Source of the DNA: Antedon mediterranea
Lineage: Eukaryota > Animalia > Echinodermata
NCBI RefSeq assembly: GCF_964355755.1
Contig: NC_092679.1
Coordinates: 4,680,201 to 4,744,200, forward strand
Direction of reading: 5' to 3'
Length of the DNA stretch: 64,000 bases
In this document: positions 1-14,900 of the stretch, piece by piece
Layout: every line of letters begins with the position of its first letter
Position numbering within the stretch: the first letter of the stretch is position 1
Notes under the pieces: generated by a model
The model's database searches: none
Told to the model about the DNA's origin: nothing
What the model saw: the letters and a program-made list of their open reading frames with translations, nothing else
Translations under genes and position numbers: made by a program

Positions 1-479
1 AAACCTAACTGGTTAAACTGCTGACCAACCACTACACTAAACAACCTAACTGGTTAAACTGCTGACCAACCACTACACTAAACAACCTAACTGGTTAAAC
101 TGCTGACCAACCACTACACTAAACAACCTAACTGGTTAAACTGCTGACCAACCACTACACTAAACAACCTAACTGGTTAAACTGCTGACCAACCACTACA
201 CTAAACAACCTAACTGGTTAAACTGCTGACCAACCACTACACTAAACAACCTAACTGGTTAAACTGCTGACCAACCACTACACTAAACAACCTAACTGGT
301 TAAACTGCTGACCAACCACTACACTAAACAACCTAACTGGTTAAACTGCTGACCAACCACTACACTAAACAACCTAACTGGTTAAACTGCTGACCAACCA
401 CTACACTAAACAACCTAACTTATCAAACTACTGACCAACCACTACACTAAACAACCTAACTGGTTAAACTACTGACCAA
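1..479. repeat. 41-bp minisatellite (aaacaacctaactggttaaactgctgaccaaccactacact), ~11-12 near-identical copies, decaying to ~760
   Basis: Direct periodicity of 41 nt with no spacers. Confidence 0.95.
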
Positions 480-2216
480 TACAAACAACTTTAACTGATG
501 ATCAATTACGGTTTTAGTCAATCACTAAATAAACAAACTAACTGCTAATCAATAATAAAACAACCATAAAAAACCCCCTGAAATGTAATATACTAACAAA
601 ACAAATTAAACCATGGAGGAAATATAGAATTAAACCAACCAATAACAAATCCAACCGAAAAATGGTTGAATCAAACAAGCAATCAACTGACCAATCAAAA
701 AACAGAACCATCCAACCAACAACCCACTTATGAACCAACTAAACACCATACGGTACATACAAAATATATAACTACCATTGATCGAATGTCAACTTGTTTT
801 CTAGGAAGGCAGGTGGTATCAATTATACCTCCTTAAGATATATTGAACATGAAACAACTCTGTCTGGCTGCCAACTCTGATACACTAAACTGTAAATCAA
901 ACCTTTTTGCAAGGAATTTAAAAGGACTGCCACAAACTGGCTACCTGAATGTCCTAAGTTGCTTCTACTTTCATTTAAAGTCAAGTGGATGCAGACAGCA
1001 TGGTATTTCCATCATGCTGCAGCAGGCATATGGAGTTTATCTACAATTCGGTTTTAATACTCTCCAATAATAATAATATCTAAATATAAAGTGCTGTACT
1101 GCGGGCTAGTGGAGTTTCTTTGTGCTTAGTGGCCTAGTTGTGTTTGCTGGGCTAGTGAAAGGGATACTCAACAGGCAAGATCAACACTAAAGCGATATAT
1201 GTTTTTTGGACTAGTAAAATAACTTGAGGGCTTGAAGCACTAGCCTGGTTTAATATAAATTAAATAAATTAAAAGCAGTATCTTAATTAACAATACAGTA
1301 ACAACACAAAATAATTAATAATAACAATCAATTTTGATAATTTTCTAAACCATGTCCAATTGGCCAATATAAATCACATGACTCATAATTAAACCAACCA
1401 ATCACTGACCACAATATAGTATCATAAACAATTTTTAAAATACTGTATACTTTTCTTTACAAAATAATCTTAATTTTAATAGGCCAATATCGATCACCTG
1501 ATTTACAATTACACCAACCAATCACTGACCACAACAATAAGTACTGAAAAGGTTACATCATAAAAATACACACAGTTTGGAACACAACTAAATAAGGCAT
1601 GTTTTTCTAAATATAGTAAGGCAGGCACTGTTCTGCATATGGAAGTTAATCCGTAATCACGTCAATGGGAATATGTATGACATCAAAATCACTTTCCTCT
1701 GGGAATGAATTAGTAAACCGCGATAGGTTATCAACAATTTATATCTACTCTCATTTTCATCAAGTTTTACAGTTGTGATCATGCTCTTTACTATTATACT
1801 TTGTTGTGACAAATATTTAAATTTAAAAAAAAATGTATTCAATAATAATAAATACAATTTGCTTATAATTTCTTATTATTTTGAAAGATTGAAATAATAC
1901 AAAGGTTATGAAAAGAACCCAGTACTGTACATAACATTCTAGTATTGGAAATTGACTATTTCGGTGTTCAGGGCCAGTATCCATTTTGTGGGGAAAAAGT
2001 GTTGTGACCAATTAAATTTATTATTTTATTATTATTTTTATTTACCCTTTAGCCAGTTCATACAATTAGTTTTTTGGGTATATAATACACAATGTTTATT
2101 GCAGTGACTGTCTTGTAAACTTATGCATTGAAGCATGAACTTCATGATTGCAGTAACAAATCTAGTTATTTCAATAACTGCAGTAGAATTATTTTGAGAA
2201 AGTCCATTAAACATAC

Positions 2217-2920
2217 CTTTTGTTGGTGTTTAGCTTTACTCTGTTGCAGCATATCGTGTGAAATTTGTTGCTTTTGCTGTAGTGTCAAGCCACCAGGCCG
2301 TCTGTCATGATGCCTTTGTACAGAATACTGAAGATGTTGACTACCAGACGATGGTTTGTAACTTGCAGACACTCCAGTAGTGCCATTATAAGCAGACGAC
2401 GCTCCAGATGTGCCATTATAAGCAGACGATGTTCCAGTTGTGCCATTATAAGCAGACGACGGTCCAGTTTCATCAATGAAGTTATTAAATGTTGCATTTG
2501 CTGTTTTAGGTTCATTATATTGTGTTGAAGAGTTGCTATTAGAGTTCTCAACAATAGACAGCCGATCATTTGATGATGTGTTGGCTGCGATGTGTTCATA
2601 AGAGCTACTTTTTCGTAGGCTTTGAGAACTAGTGTTCGCCATGATGTTGGTAACGCTATGACTTTTAATTGAATCATTTGTATAGCCTCTATTGAAGCTA
2701 CGACTTAGACCGCTACCTGACTTAGAACTGTTTGTAGACATGGTTGATGGGTTTATACTGTGGTTTGCTGGCATTGGGCCGCCGCTGGCTCCCGAAGCTG
2801 AGGGCGTTAACAAGTTTTGCGTGTTGGCTGATGAATATTGACGCGCAGCTTGCCGTTTTGCTAAACGTTGCAGGGCTTCTTGTATTGCTTGCTCACTGCT
2901 TTCAGAAAAATGTCTAGCAG
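2217..2920 (-). CDS. TTLL5: TTLL5 c28 ([30 protein letters not shown]...[12 protein letters not shown])
   Basis: 704-nt open frame (ORF 2166..2942), ttttgcag acceptor, AAG|gtatgt donor; LQRLAxxQAARQYS is a TTLL5 C-terminal motif. Confidence 0.88.
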
Positions 2921-5900
2921 CTGCAAAAATAAAAAAGGACAAAAGTGTTATACATTTAAAAAAAAAATAATATGAACAATTATTATCATAATCTGAGCAT
3001 GCTTACAAACTAATCAAAGTTGTGATAGCTTCCTTTACTTTGTAATTATGCCAAATCAGAATGGCAATTGCAGGTTTTTTTAAAGCATGTACACATTTGC
3101 AATGCTTTACTATTTTCAACTATGGTTTCAATTATGATTTGATATAATGGTCCCTTCCAATTGAGACAACCCTGTCCTCATTAATAAGCCCACAGGGCTT
3201 GATTTTAAGGTTTTACTATATATAGGAAACTAAAAACTGTCTCAACAACATTTTGATAAAGTGAAGAAAATGAAACTAAACGTTGATATTGATATCAATC
3301 CATCCCAAAGTAAACTGGCTGAAATTAGCCTCTGTGGAGTATAAATAATAAAGTTTAAAAATTACAACTGACACGTAAATCTGGGGTCAATGTCAATATT
3401 CTGTGACCTTAATTAAAGGGGAGGGGGAGCCAAATTAACCTGGAAATATTTATTTAGTTTGGTGTTCTGTTTAAAATCAAAATAATGTTTACATTTTGTA
3501 GGATGAATTCTATGCCATTTGAGCATTTTTGATTGGCATTTAATGCGTGTCATTATGGTATAATTAAGTAGATTTATAATAACTAAATACTTTAATGTGA
3601 AAAGTGTCTACATATGTTATTAGTTTGTGTAGGTGTTTAGTTATTAGTAATAGTGATATATATATAATATAGTAATAGTGCATAAGAGTACATTTTACAT
3701 CCTATTTCATTTTCATCCTATCACTATTCTATTCAAAATCAGTGATATAGTATACTATTTAGCCCTAAATACTTATGGAATATGGGACTTATACATCACT
3801 ACTTATTGCAACATTTACTCAACTATAAGCAATTATATTCAATATCTTATTCGAACATGGTCACAAAATAGGTACATATTCAGCACTTATATTTACACTA
3901 GATCTAAACCAGGTCTCAAACAAGGTACTTATCAAACTGCACTTATTAATATCAGAAAATAATCAAACCAGGTCTCAAACTAGGTACTTATTCAAAACAT
4001 TCCACTTATTTATACCAGAACTTATTCAAACCAGGTCACAAACTAAGTACATTATCAAAATATTGCACTAGATCTAATTCAAACAAGGATCTCAACCTTT
4101 AGGTACTCAATCAAAACATTGTACTTATTCAAACCAGGTCACAAACTGTTCAAAACAAGTTTCTTTAGCACAAAGTACTTACATTTATTAGAACACAGAA
4201 AAGGAAAAACAATATTTAAATAGAAAACATTTGGAATAGTAATACAATGAAGTATGGAAGTCATTCATTGTCAATTCAAAACAAATTATGATTATAAAAA
4301 ACAATTAAAAAAAAAAAATAGAATTCTATTAGTCATCTCGTTAGTTTTCCAGATCACAAATAAAAACAGAAGGAAACCACAATTACTCCAAAAAAACAAT
4401 TGAGATACAAAGTCAACACTTAGTCTGATAAGATAGACCGTCTAGGAATTAGACATTAAATGATTGTTCTAAATGATAGTTACAATGAATAAAAAGACTA
4501 AAACTAGTAGTTTAGTTAAACCTTACTAGAAGTAATATTAACTGATAACTGTGAATATACAGTTATTTTTATATTTTGTCATGAAGCTCAACTGGAAACT
4601 GAGGAAATTCAGATTAGGCCCTCCACAGACCCATGGCAGCCAGCAGTGTAGCGCCTACCAGATCAGCACACCGGGAGACGATCCCCTACTCTTTGCGAAA
4701 AGCGTACCAAGTTCTTTAACGTGCACTATGTACACGGGACCAACGACTTTATGTTCCCGAGGTAATGAGAACTAAGAATCTTGCCTAAGGATACAGTTAG
4801 TATGGTACAGATACGCTTGAACACATGCCTACCACATGCTTGCATATGAATGATATTATCATTACACCATCATTATCATCTAAATATTTAAAGGACTATA
4901 ATTAGATTGTGCAACCATGGAGGTATAAAATTAGTACAGTATCTCCATGCTTTAACCAAAACCCTTATAAACCACCTAATAGCCAGCTCATCAGTTAGTT
5001 GATGTTACTAGTATTAATTAGTTAACCTGTGATTGTAATTGATAGTTGATTGATTTTCAACACATAGATTAAAAAAAAAAGTCCTAAAGAGATAGGCAGT
5101 AGAGAGTAAATGATTTATTAAAACAAAATAGCGATAAAATACAGTTATAATTAGAAAAGTTGATAAACGAAACAATATTTATGGAAAGTTACTATAGGCC
5201 TAGATGGTTTAGAAAATGCCACTACACACCACAAAAAACTTCAACTAACAAAGTTAGTATGTTTACAAATGATAATTAGTACACTATATAATATAGTTAC
5301 ACCTCAAGCAATAAAAACTGTACACACTGTGATATCAATATTTGAAATTTCAACATATTATTGTCATCATCAAAAATGTTGATACAATATATGTTAAAAG
5401 ATTGAGACATTGATGTGTGTTTCAGTTCTTTAAGTTAATAGTAGACCTTCCGGCACTCCTGTTAGTACTAGTAGTAGATGATCTGTTAAATACAAACGTT
5501 GAGCTACCTATCTGACCACCGGATGCATCTCGGTACAAGACAGCACTGACCGGCCTATAGCGATTCTGTTGTAATCCTGGCATATATAACAAAATAACAT
5601 ATACATTACAATTATGCGCAACATTATTAGTAAAACAACATTTGTATCAAATAATAACTATATTTCTTAGCTAATTTAAAAAAACTGAAGAAAAAGCATT
5701 TCAGCGTGTTCTATTTCACATGACTGACTTTACAATTCCACTATTATATTACGGCCTCGTGGAAAACACATTTTGATGTGGATGAGCCTCCATTTTAAAA
5801 TAAAGATTTTATTATTATTATTATATAACAAAGCAGTTCCATTTCTTATTCAGTTTCTCAATGTAGCTTAATTCTGGATATTGGACAATTTTTATAATAT

Positions 5901-8900
5901 GATGTTGTTGCCGCCTAATATTATCATATTTATATTTATACAATATATTTCCACGAAAAATAATTTGCCCTTGGCTTAAAAAAGGATACCAAATTTTGTT
6001 TTCACACGATGAAACATAAGATAAACAGAGAGGTCACATTAAGAAATTAACCTTAAAACTTAATTTAGTTTAATCAAGTCCCCTGGGTCTTGTTCTATTT
6101 TGTTTCCTTAAACATAACCCTTACATATCCTTGCAATAAATTACATTTAATTTATCATATTTTAAAATATCTATTGATATTGACATTAAAAAATGAAAAA
6201 ATATCCCAAAAATAAACACATGGGATTATAATTATCCTAAAAGCGCCAAATTTCAAGCGCAGGGTGTTTGCAGCCCTAAACTTGTCTCCGATGTTTCATC
6301 AGTTATCGGACACAATCTGCTTTCCGAAATTCCCAAGGTGTTTATGTTTTCTAACACTTTGTGACAATTGTTGATATGGTGTGACATTTTTTTGTTGGTT
6401 TTGTAATTATTTGATTGAATTATTGAATAATTAAGGGCAAATCAAGCACCTGTCATGAATACAAATGCGATGTATCCCTTAAAAAATACAGTAGTAGTGC
6501 CCACCTTGAAAAAAAACCCTTTAATTACAGTAAAACACCTCATTTGGGACACAACTATTTAGGACGCTGATTTAGAAGACACCTCTATTAAGGAGACACT
6601 CTTCCGTGATAAGAATGAGGGGCAATATATGTTTAAATCAAGCCCTATTTAGGGGACACTTTTCCTAAGGGGACATTTTGTAATTTGAACAAGATAAAGG
6701 TAGTAAAACATCTGGAAAATGAACATTCAATATTTAAATTTATATTAACCAGAAAATCTGATCTAACAAACAATCTACAGATGATAAACTTTAAGGAAAG
6801 AATTATTTTATTTTAAAATGATACTGAACTCCCCTTTTAAAAATATAGTATCAATTACAAATATGTAGTAGAACCCATATTAAGCTTGGGACCCTCATAG
6901 GGCCAAACAATTTGTTTCCCCTTTGTTTATTTCAATGAGAAAGTGTCCTCTTATAGGGATGTCCAAAAGAAGGGTTCTAATGTAGAACAAGGGCTGAGTA
7001 TTTGTATCTTCAGGAAAATCTTGAAATAAAACATCGGAAAAGCAAGAGCCTTTTTTATATATAATTCTACCAGTATTCAACTGAACAATCAAAGTTTGAA
7101 TTTCAGCAAAAATGTTGCTTGGTGGTTACCATAGCAATCTACCAGTGGTTTTTATAGCTAAAAACATACCAAAAGCCTTGCTTAGTTTACAAAAAGCATG
7201 GGTCTAACATCTTGTATTTGATCATCTGTTGGGTTTGGTTGAAAACAAAAATAGATTCCATGGCAATTAAGATTAGCAACATGAACTATAATTTTTCGTA
7301 GGTCATAAATGATTAATATATATTTAAACATTAAATGTGAAGTCACAAAAACGTATCTGTATTAAAGGATAAAGTCTTTAAAAGTGGCATATGATTATTA
7401 CACTCATTGGAAAATTGCCCACGAAATGATTGGCCAGAAAAAAAAACTATTAAAGGATCTAATCAAATTAAGAATTGAGATCCTATGAGTAAAATTACTC
7501 ATATGGAAGGCGAAATTTTGAGAATATACAGTACATAGTAAAACACATGACAACATATGCACTGCCTACAACATGGCCTTAATTACATTAAAATCAATTC
7601 TTCTGAGAAAATATCAAATAAAAGTTATAATTTATTAATTTAACTATATTTTCACCTTATTCCCAGTGCTGTATCTCCACATTTTATCTATTTCCGAACT
7701 ATAATAGGAATATTTGGTAATAGAGCATCTCATTTATATCACATGTGGTGCCTGTATCATGTAAGGTTAGATCACTACTAGATACATGTGATGTTGTATT
7801 ACCAAATACTCCTATGATATTTCGGAAACAGATACAGTACTGAGAATCGGGTGATTTGAGCACATACCAGGGACAGAGTTAGGAATTTTAAGATTGTAAA
7901 ATGACTGAAAACCTAATGCCTTATATTTTGCATAACAATTTTTGGAGGTGGGGGAGGGCTTGACAGGCCTCGACATTGGACTTATCCATGCATATCCAAC
8001 AGTATTAAGCAGCCAATCAGAAGATGTTAACTATCACCCAGCTTTCAAAGATTCTCAGTTTTCAGATTTTTAACCATACCATTAAACAGTAATGTTTTAA
8101 GTAGCATTCTATTACTAATAGCTATTTTTAAATGTCATTAACTTTCATCTAATCACATTTCACAAAACAAAAAATGTTTAATATCATTTTAAACATTAGT
8201 GGATTTCTCACACCTAATTAAAACCCTCTATTTTTAGATGTCATTAACTTTCATCCAATCACATTTCACAAAACAAAAAATGTTTAATATCATTTTAAAC
8301 ATTAGTGGATTTCTCACACCTAATTAAAACCCTCTATTTTTAGATGTCATTAACTTTCATCCAATCACATTTCACAAAACAAAAAATGTTTAATATCATT
8401 TTAAACATTAGTGGATTTCTCACACCTAATTAAAACCCTCTATTTTTAGATGTCATTAACTTTCATCCAATCACATTTCACAAAACAAAAAATGTTTAAT
8501 ATCATTTTAAACATTAGTGGATTTCACACACCTAATTAAAACACTCTATTTTTAGATGTCATTAACTTTCAACCAATCAAAATTCACCGAACAATGGATG
8601 TTATCACTTTAAACATTCTTTACTATGTTGTTATGTGGCTTCCACACAAACATGACCCTTAATTAGTATTCCAAAAGCTATTTTTAGATATCGTCATCAT
8701 TCAACCAATCACTGTTATTATAACTCTTATCTTGCATTTCAAACTCCCATTAGACTGTACCACATGTTTGCTAGATCGGATCTAGCGGAGGTGAAGAAAA
8801 TACACAAGCCCTAACATCTTGGTAATCTTTAACCACTGATTAAAATGCATTCCCTAACCATCGCAACTTTGGCTGACATACTAAATAAAGGAAGCATTAT

Positions 8901-11900
8901 GAATTCCTGTAGGTTCTTGCAATCACTTCTGGATTTCCTTTCAAAAAATTCTGCTTACTTCGTTCCATTCAATTTACGAATTAGTAATCAGAAAAAACAT
9001 TAATTAGAACATCGTGTCAACTTGGATTGGAGTATGGGATGTCATTAATTAATATTGTTTATTTGTTATCGTTAATATCCCAAATATTTCTATATTTTTA
9101 TAGTTCGATTGGGTTACCCTGGAAAAGTATTAGAAACAATTCGTCATTCTGCGCATTCTCAGGAACATATGAGCATGTGCAAAATGACTGTTGGACTCAA
9201 TAGCTGTGTAGTCGCACCTTGAAAACGAAAAGTTGCTACAGTGGACACTTCTTGACAATTGTGGACAAATTTGAGAAAGTAGATTTTGAGAATGTTTTTA
9301 TAAAAATATCTTCAATTAAACCAAATTTACAGTTACCATAACTTACATTAAAACTAAAAATAATTTTCGTTGTAAATGGATTGTTTGTATGTAGGCTTCC
9401 AAAGCTTACGGAAGCTCCAATAATTAATTCCTTCACTAATAATTACCACGTCCCCAGTGGAATAGCAACTTCCGGCAGTAGGACCCATTTTGAAGTGATA
9501 ACATGTTGATTGTCCAAGGGGTCTTTGCCCTAAAGCACTATTTATGAATACAAGTTAGTTTCTTTTAAATACAAACCATCTATAACATACCAACGGAAAC
9601 AGCTATTTACTAAAGTAAGACATACGTGAAGAATCAATGAATGATGTATGTGGGTATTTTGTATACAGCTGTGTGGTATAATAATTGGACACTTTGGCGA
9701 TGTTACACTCTAGCGATCGCAAGTATTTTGTCTTGTTTTAGTATTGGACAAACCAGTTCTCCACCTTTTTTCTCCACATTTTTTTTAAAGGAAATTACAG
9801 AAATCCACACCTCTTTGGAGACCAATGTTCGTATTTGTTCGAAGTTTAATTAATAAAGATGATCGAAATAATGAGTATCTTGGAAGAACAAGAGGTTGTA
9901 AAGACTAAATTATCTGCTAACATGGCCGACAGGCAAAAATCTGTAAAACGTTTTCTAGCCTTTTAAACAACTTTCTTTTATTATGCTCAATTTTTATCTA
10001 ATTCTTTTTTTACTTATTTTATTGTTTCCTATTTTATAAAGTATTTCTCTTTATGTATTTTGCATATTTGTATTGTAGGGGCCCTCATGAAACAAGCTAT
10101 TGCTTCTAGTGTGGGCCCCAGTTATTATTGTCAAATAACTAAATAAATGTGTATAATAAATGATGAGTAGAAGCAATACATACCATTGTCTCCCTGGCTG
10201 TTTTTCGCTGAATACGGTCTTTGACGAGTAATTTTAGTACTGTAGAGTGGAACGGCACTTTGGTAGGATGACAAGGTGCGGGAGTGAGCGTTTGGTGTTG
10301 TCTGTGGACGTTTGGTAGTGCTGCTGCTGCTGTCGCCTGCACCTGAATTAATACACGTTATTATGGTATGGTTAGCATTATTATTACTAAAAAAAATATT
10401 ATGATTAATTCAAATAAAGATCACAAGAAACATGAAATAACAGCAACAATAACAGAATTTGTAATACCATCGACCTCATCCCAAATTAACATATTATATT
10501 ACAAAATAATTATTATATATCAGATACAAAAGCAAAAGTTGACAATTACAGATTATTTAATAATAATAAAGCACACATTAATTGCATACAGTAAAACCAT
10601 TAATAAGGGGTCATCTTCAGGACCATGAAAAAGTGTCCTGTGTTATGTACAAAGGGGTTGGCTGTAGTGTTAAAATATAACATATATTTCCCTAATTGTT
10701 GGTTTGGAAAAAAAAAACATTTCTAATAACTTAACGAGATGAATATTTTCAATCATATATTTCCAATCATATATTTCCCTTTTTTCACAGAAAACTATTA
10801 TATGTGCCACTGTATATTAAAAAAATCTAGTATAAAAAATCTATATACACCTAACACTGCTACATGAAAAATGGATTAAAAACTTTAAAATGTTCACTGA
10901 TGTTTATTTATATGGTAAAATTTTTATAAAGAGAATTAAAAAAAATATATTTACATATAAATTGATTGACAAGGCAATGAAAGCGACAAATATGCATATG
11001 ACATGTCAATCAGGCAGGTCAATAAATGTCACTTTTGTGACATTGATGAAAATTAAAGGATCATTATTATTGCAAAGGTTGTACTGTTAACACAATTTGA
11101 AAGAACACATAAACGAAAATTGATTAATAGGAAAATGATTTATTAATTGCGAGAGAGAGATAAAGAACTTTGGAAAAAGGGGCACTTGATAAGGGAATCT
11201 ACTGCAGTTTTTGTAATTATATAGACTAACGGTGACACCATGATAAAGCCACGTTGTGATGTAAATTTCCCACCTTCAGGCTCCTCGGATAAGGACAATA
11301 AACCGTAGGTCCAGTGTACACAGTTATAACATGTGTGCACTTCAAATGTACCCAGTTCATTATTTTAAAAGAGTAGGGGATTACCCCAGTGAACTGGTTC
11401 ACAAGATAGCCCCTGTATCAGGGTGAGTATTACCTATCTGATAGCACAGTGATTTATTTATATTGGTAATCCTTGGCCATATGTGTCTAAAGACATAAAA
11501 TAAAAATAAATAAATAAACGACTATAGCAATCAACAGAATAAAATTATAAAACTAACAGAATTGACGAAACAAAAGTATTTACAAAAAGCAACATTATAA
11601 ATAAAGTCCACAAGACTCAATTATCTCAAAAGGAAAACAAGAAAAGGACTACTTCCTACACAACAATTTAAATTCAATTTTTTTTCCCGGAGTTTTAAAA
11701 CAAAGTTTGCAAGAATTTTTTTTTTTTGAATGTTTGTATTTGTGTAAGAAGGGCAACGCTTTCCTTGTTTTTCTTAATCTCACTGAGCACCCTGACCTGA
11801 GCCTCTCCCTTTTCTACTATTAAGAGAAGGTAGACTAGATGAGCGGGCTAAATAAAATAGAAAACCTGTTGGGAAAAATATATTTTAACATTATACAAAA

Positions 11901-14900
11901 AAGAAAAAATATGAAAAAATAAAATAAAATTTGTATGGATTGAAAGAAAAGAAGAAAACCTATATTCTAAAATTATAATGAAAAAATAATTCTGTCATTT
12001 TGCATTTAACAATAACATTTAGTACATTTTTTTAGTTTCATTTCAGTTTAAATTCTTTATTTTTAAAAACACATTGAATTGAACTTTACGAATTTCATCT
12101 TTTTCGTTAACTTTATCTTATTTGTATCATTTAGAAAAGTTATAAAATAAAAAAATTTACTTGATATACCGTAAAACCTCGAAAAGAAGCCCATGGGCTT
12201 AAACCTCGAAATGAAGCCCATCTCGAAAAGAAGCCCATTTCGAAAAGAAGCCCCTCTCTACAGTTTGCAAAATACTCTCGAAAAGAAGCCCATCTCGAAA
12301 TGAAGCCCCCTGGGCTTCTTTTCAAGATAGTATGGGCTTTATTTCGAGACAGACTACTCATACTGTATTGAGATGATGACGAAATTATTGTATTTGACGG
12401 TGAATCATAGAACTGTTTTTTTGCTTTTTATATTGTTTTTTAATTGGTATATTAAACAAAATTTCATGGTTGAAAAAATGTCTCAAAAGCCACATTATTG
12501 TAGTAGAAATTCACAAAATTTACAGCATTCATTTTGAAAAGAAGCCCCCCTCTACAGTTTGCAAAAGTACTCTCGAAAAGAAGCCCATCTGGAAAAGAAG
12601 CCAACCCAAGAGCACTAAAAAAAGAAGAAGCCCATGGGTTTCTTTTCGAGGTTTTACAATATTAAAACAATGCAAACTATAATTTTAAAATTATAATATT
12701 CAGACAAATATATTTACCTTGAATATAGACAGAGGGACACAATTTTACAATACATACAATACACATAATTATGTCAAATTGCAATATACATATAAACTAT
12801 CAAATATTCCTGAGGGAAAAGACCACATATGTTTTTACTGTGAAACCGAGGATTTAACATTTAAAAACGATATTGAAACAAACAACATTATCAACTCATA
12901 ATTCTTTCGGCTGTACATTGATCATATTTGAAGACATAGGGCGGGAGGGTCGGAGACAGGAAGTCTTCGGGCCGGTTGGATGTGTAGGAGTTTGTCCGCA
13001 AGATTGTTGGTTTCGATTCATTGGGATTAATAACATGCTGGCTAAAATCACATAGGAAAAGAGTGTATGCTCTCAGTATTATACAAAATCATAAAAACTC
13101 TAACTTCATTTTCAAGTATTAACTAGAAGTTTCAAATAAAAAAAAATAATTGATTAAATTCACTATATCTATTACTCTGTTATCAATCAAATATTTTGTA
13201 TTCAATTGTGTTTCTAATATGTGTGTACGTTTATTTTTATTTACTTGAATTTATTTAAAGATGTATTGTCCCCTGAAAATATAATTTTAACAACATTTTT
13301 GTTATCCACTTTGTTCAAAAATTGGTTTGAAAAAAAAATTATTTACCTGAAAAAATTTAAAAGAAAAAATAGTCAAATTGGCTGCCAGCCAATGTTTTTT
13401 TGGTTGAATTTAACCATTCATTTTGTCATTTTATAAGTGAAAACATCTTTTTTGCTTTAAATATGCTTGTTGAATTTGAATTTCATACATGATTCTGTGT
13501 ATTAAAAACCAGATTAGTTTGCAAAGTTAATACTATGAGGGTTATGGTTGGAAGCATAGTATATGTCTGACAACTGGATTTTATTATTTTACTTTTGAGA
13601 CCAAAGTCTACTTACACACACACTACTGGTATAAGTTGTTGAAATAATGTTTGAATAACTTGAGTTAATCAATGATGGCATACAACCAATGTTAGTGGGC
13701 CTCCTATTTCCCACCAGGATGTGCTAAGCCAGCAATGTTTTATATCAAAATGCTGGGTGTGGTAAAATTGGGTTAACAACGACAATTGAGACCACGTAGG
13801 TTGAACATATTTAAAGATAAAGCGTGAATTTTATAAAAAATTCTGTTTAGGGGAAAGATGGTTGATGTTGATGATGGGCGAAAATGACAATTGTGACATA
13901 ATTAAAGAATGATGATGATATCCTTAAAAAACATTTAAATCATCAAGTTGGAAAGGTAAAACATATCTGTAATAACAATATTAGAAAGCCCTGGGAAGAT
14001 CACATAATACCTGACAATACTTTATAACATAATTTCACGCAATTGTCGCACCCCAAGAGGGCAGTACAATTCAGGAAATCAGGAACTTCTGGCAAAATTG
14101 ATTACATATCACAAGTGTTAATCCACTCTAAGATTTTATCTTTTACAATACAGATCATTTCTTTCAGAAGTTCTAGCTTTCCGTTAAAATTTATAAATAG
14201 ATCACTGCATTATAATATATTATAGTGATGTTACTATTTATAAAGTGTGTTATATGGACTAGTTAAAATGTCTATTACAGGCATATGATAGTAATCTCTG
14301 TGAGTGTCATTGCTTTGGGACCTAAAGCAGTGTTCCGCATGTATGCACATGGTTACGGAAGTTGTTTTCAATCGGATTCAAATTTACCACAACGTCCCAG
14401 TGGCTGGAAGGTGTCTGTATTGAGACAATGTTCAATCAAGCGTAATATAATTTGAGATTTCAAGTTGAGGGCAGTATTATGAATAAAGTTCTCATTAATT
14501 AAGAATGTTTTTTTTTTTAAGTGGTATACTATTTGAGATATACATAAAATACAATCTTGAAACAACGATTCTGTGATTTCACAAGCTTCTATTTGTATAG
14601 AATTAAGAAAAAACTTTCTTTACCAACATTTGAGAATAATTATTGGGACATTATCCCGACAAAAAGATCTACTTAAAATACAGATTTAGGTTCAAATTAC
14701 TCACGCGTGCGTGAGATACACGTTGATACGAAATTATGAGAAGTTCATCACATTCTGGATGGCATCTCCTGAGAACTAAGTACAATAACCTTGGTAATGT
14801 TCAGCATCTCCGAGGGCCTTTCGTTGATTATGACTAAATATGAAAATCTTTGCCCAACACGGCTGTCAATTACCAACTCTCTCTAGACCAAAACTTATGT

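Noticed and set aside
1-479. CRISPR-like regular repeats
   Set aside because: The 41-bp units are contiguous with no unique spacers, there are no cas genes, and the context is eukaryotic.
980-1040. Possible terminal TTLL5 exon (INSICLLQHDG...*)
   Set aside because: Weak acceptor and no homology; the gene more probably ends outside the window.
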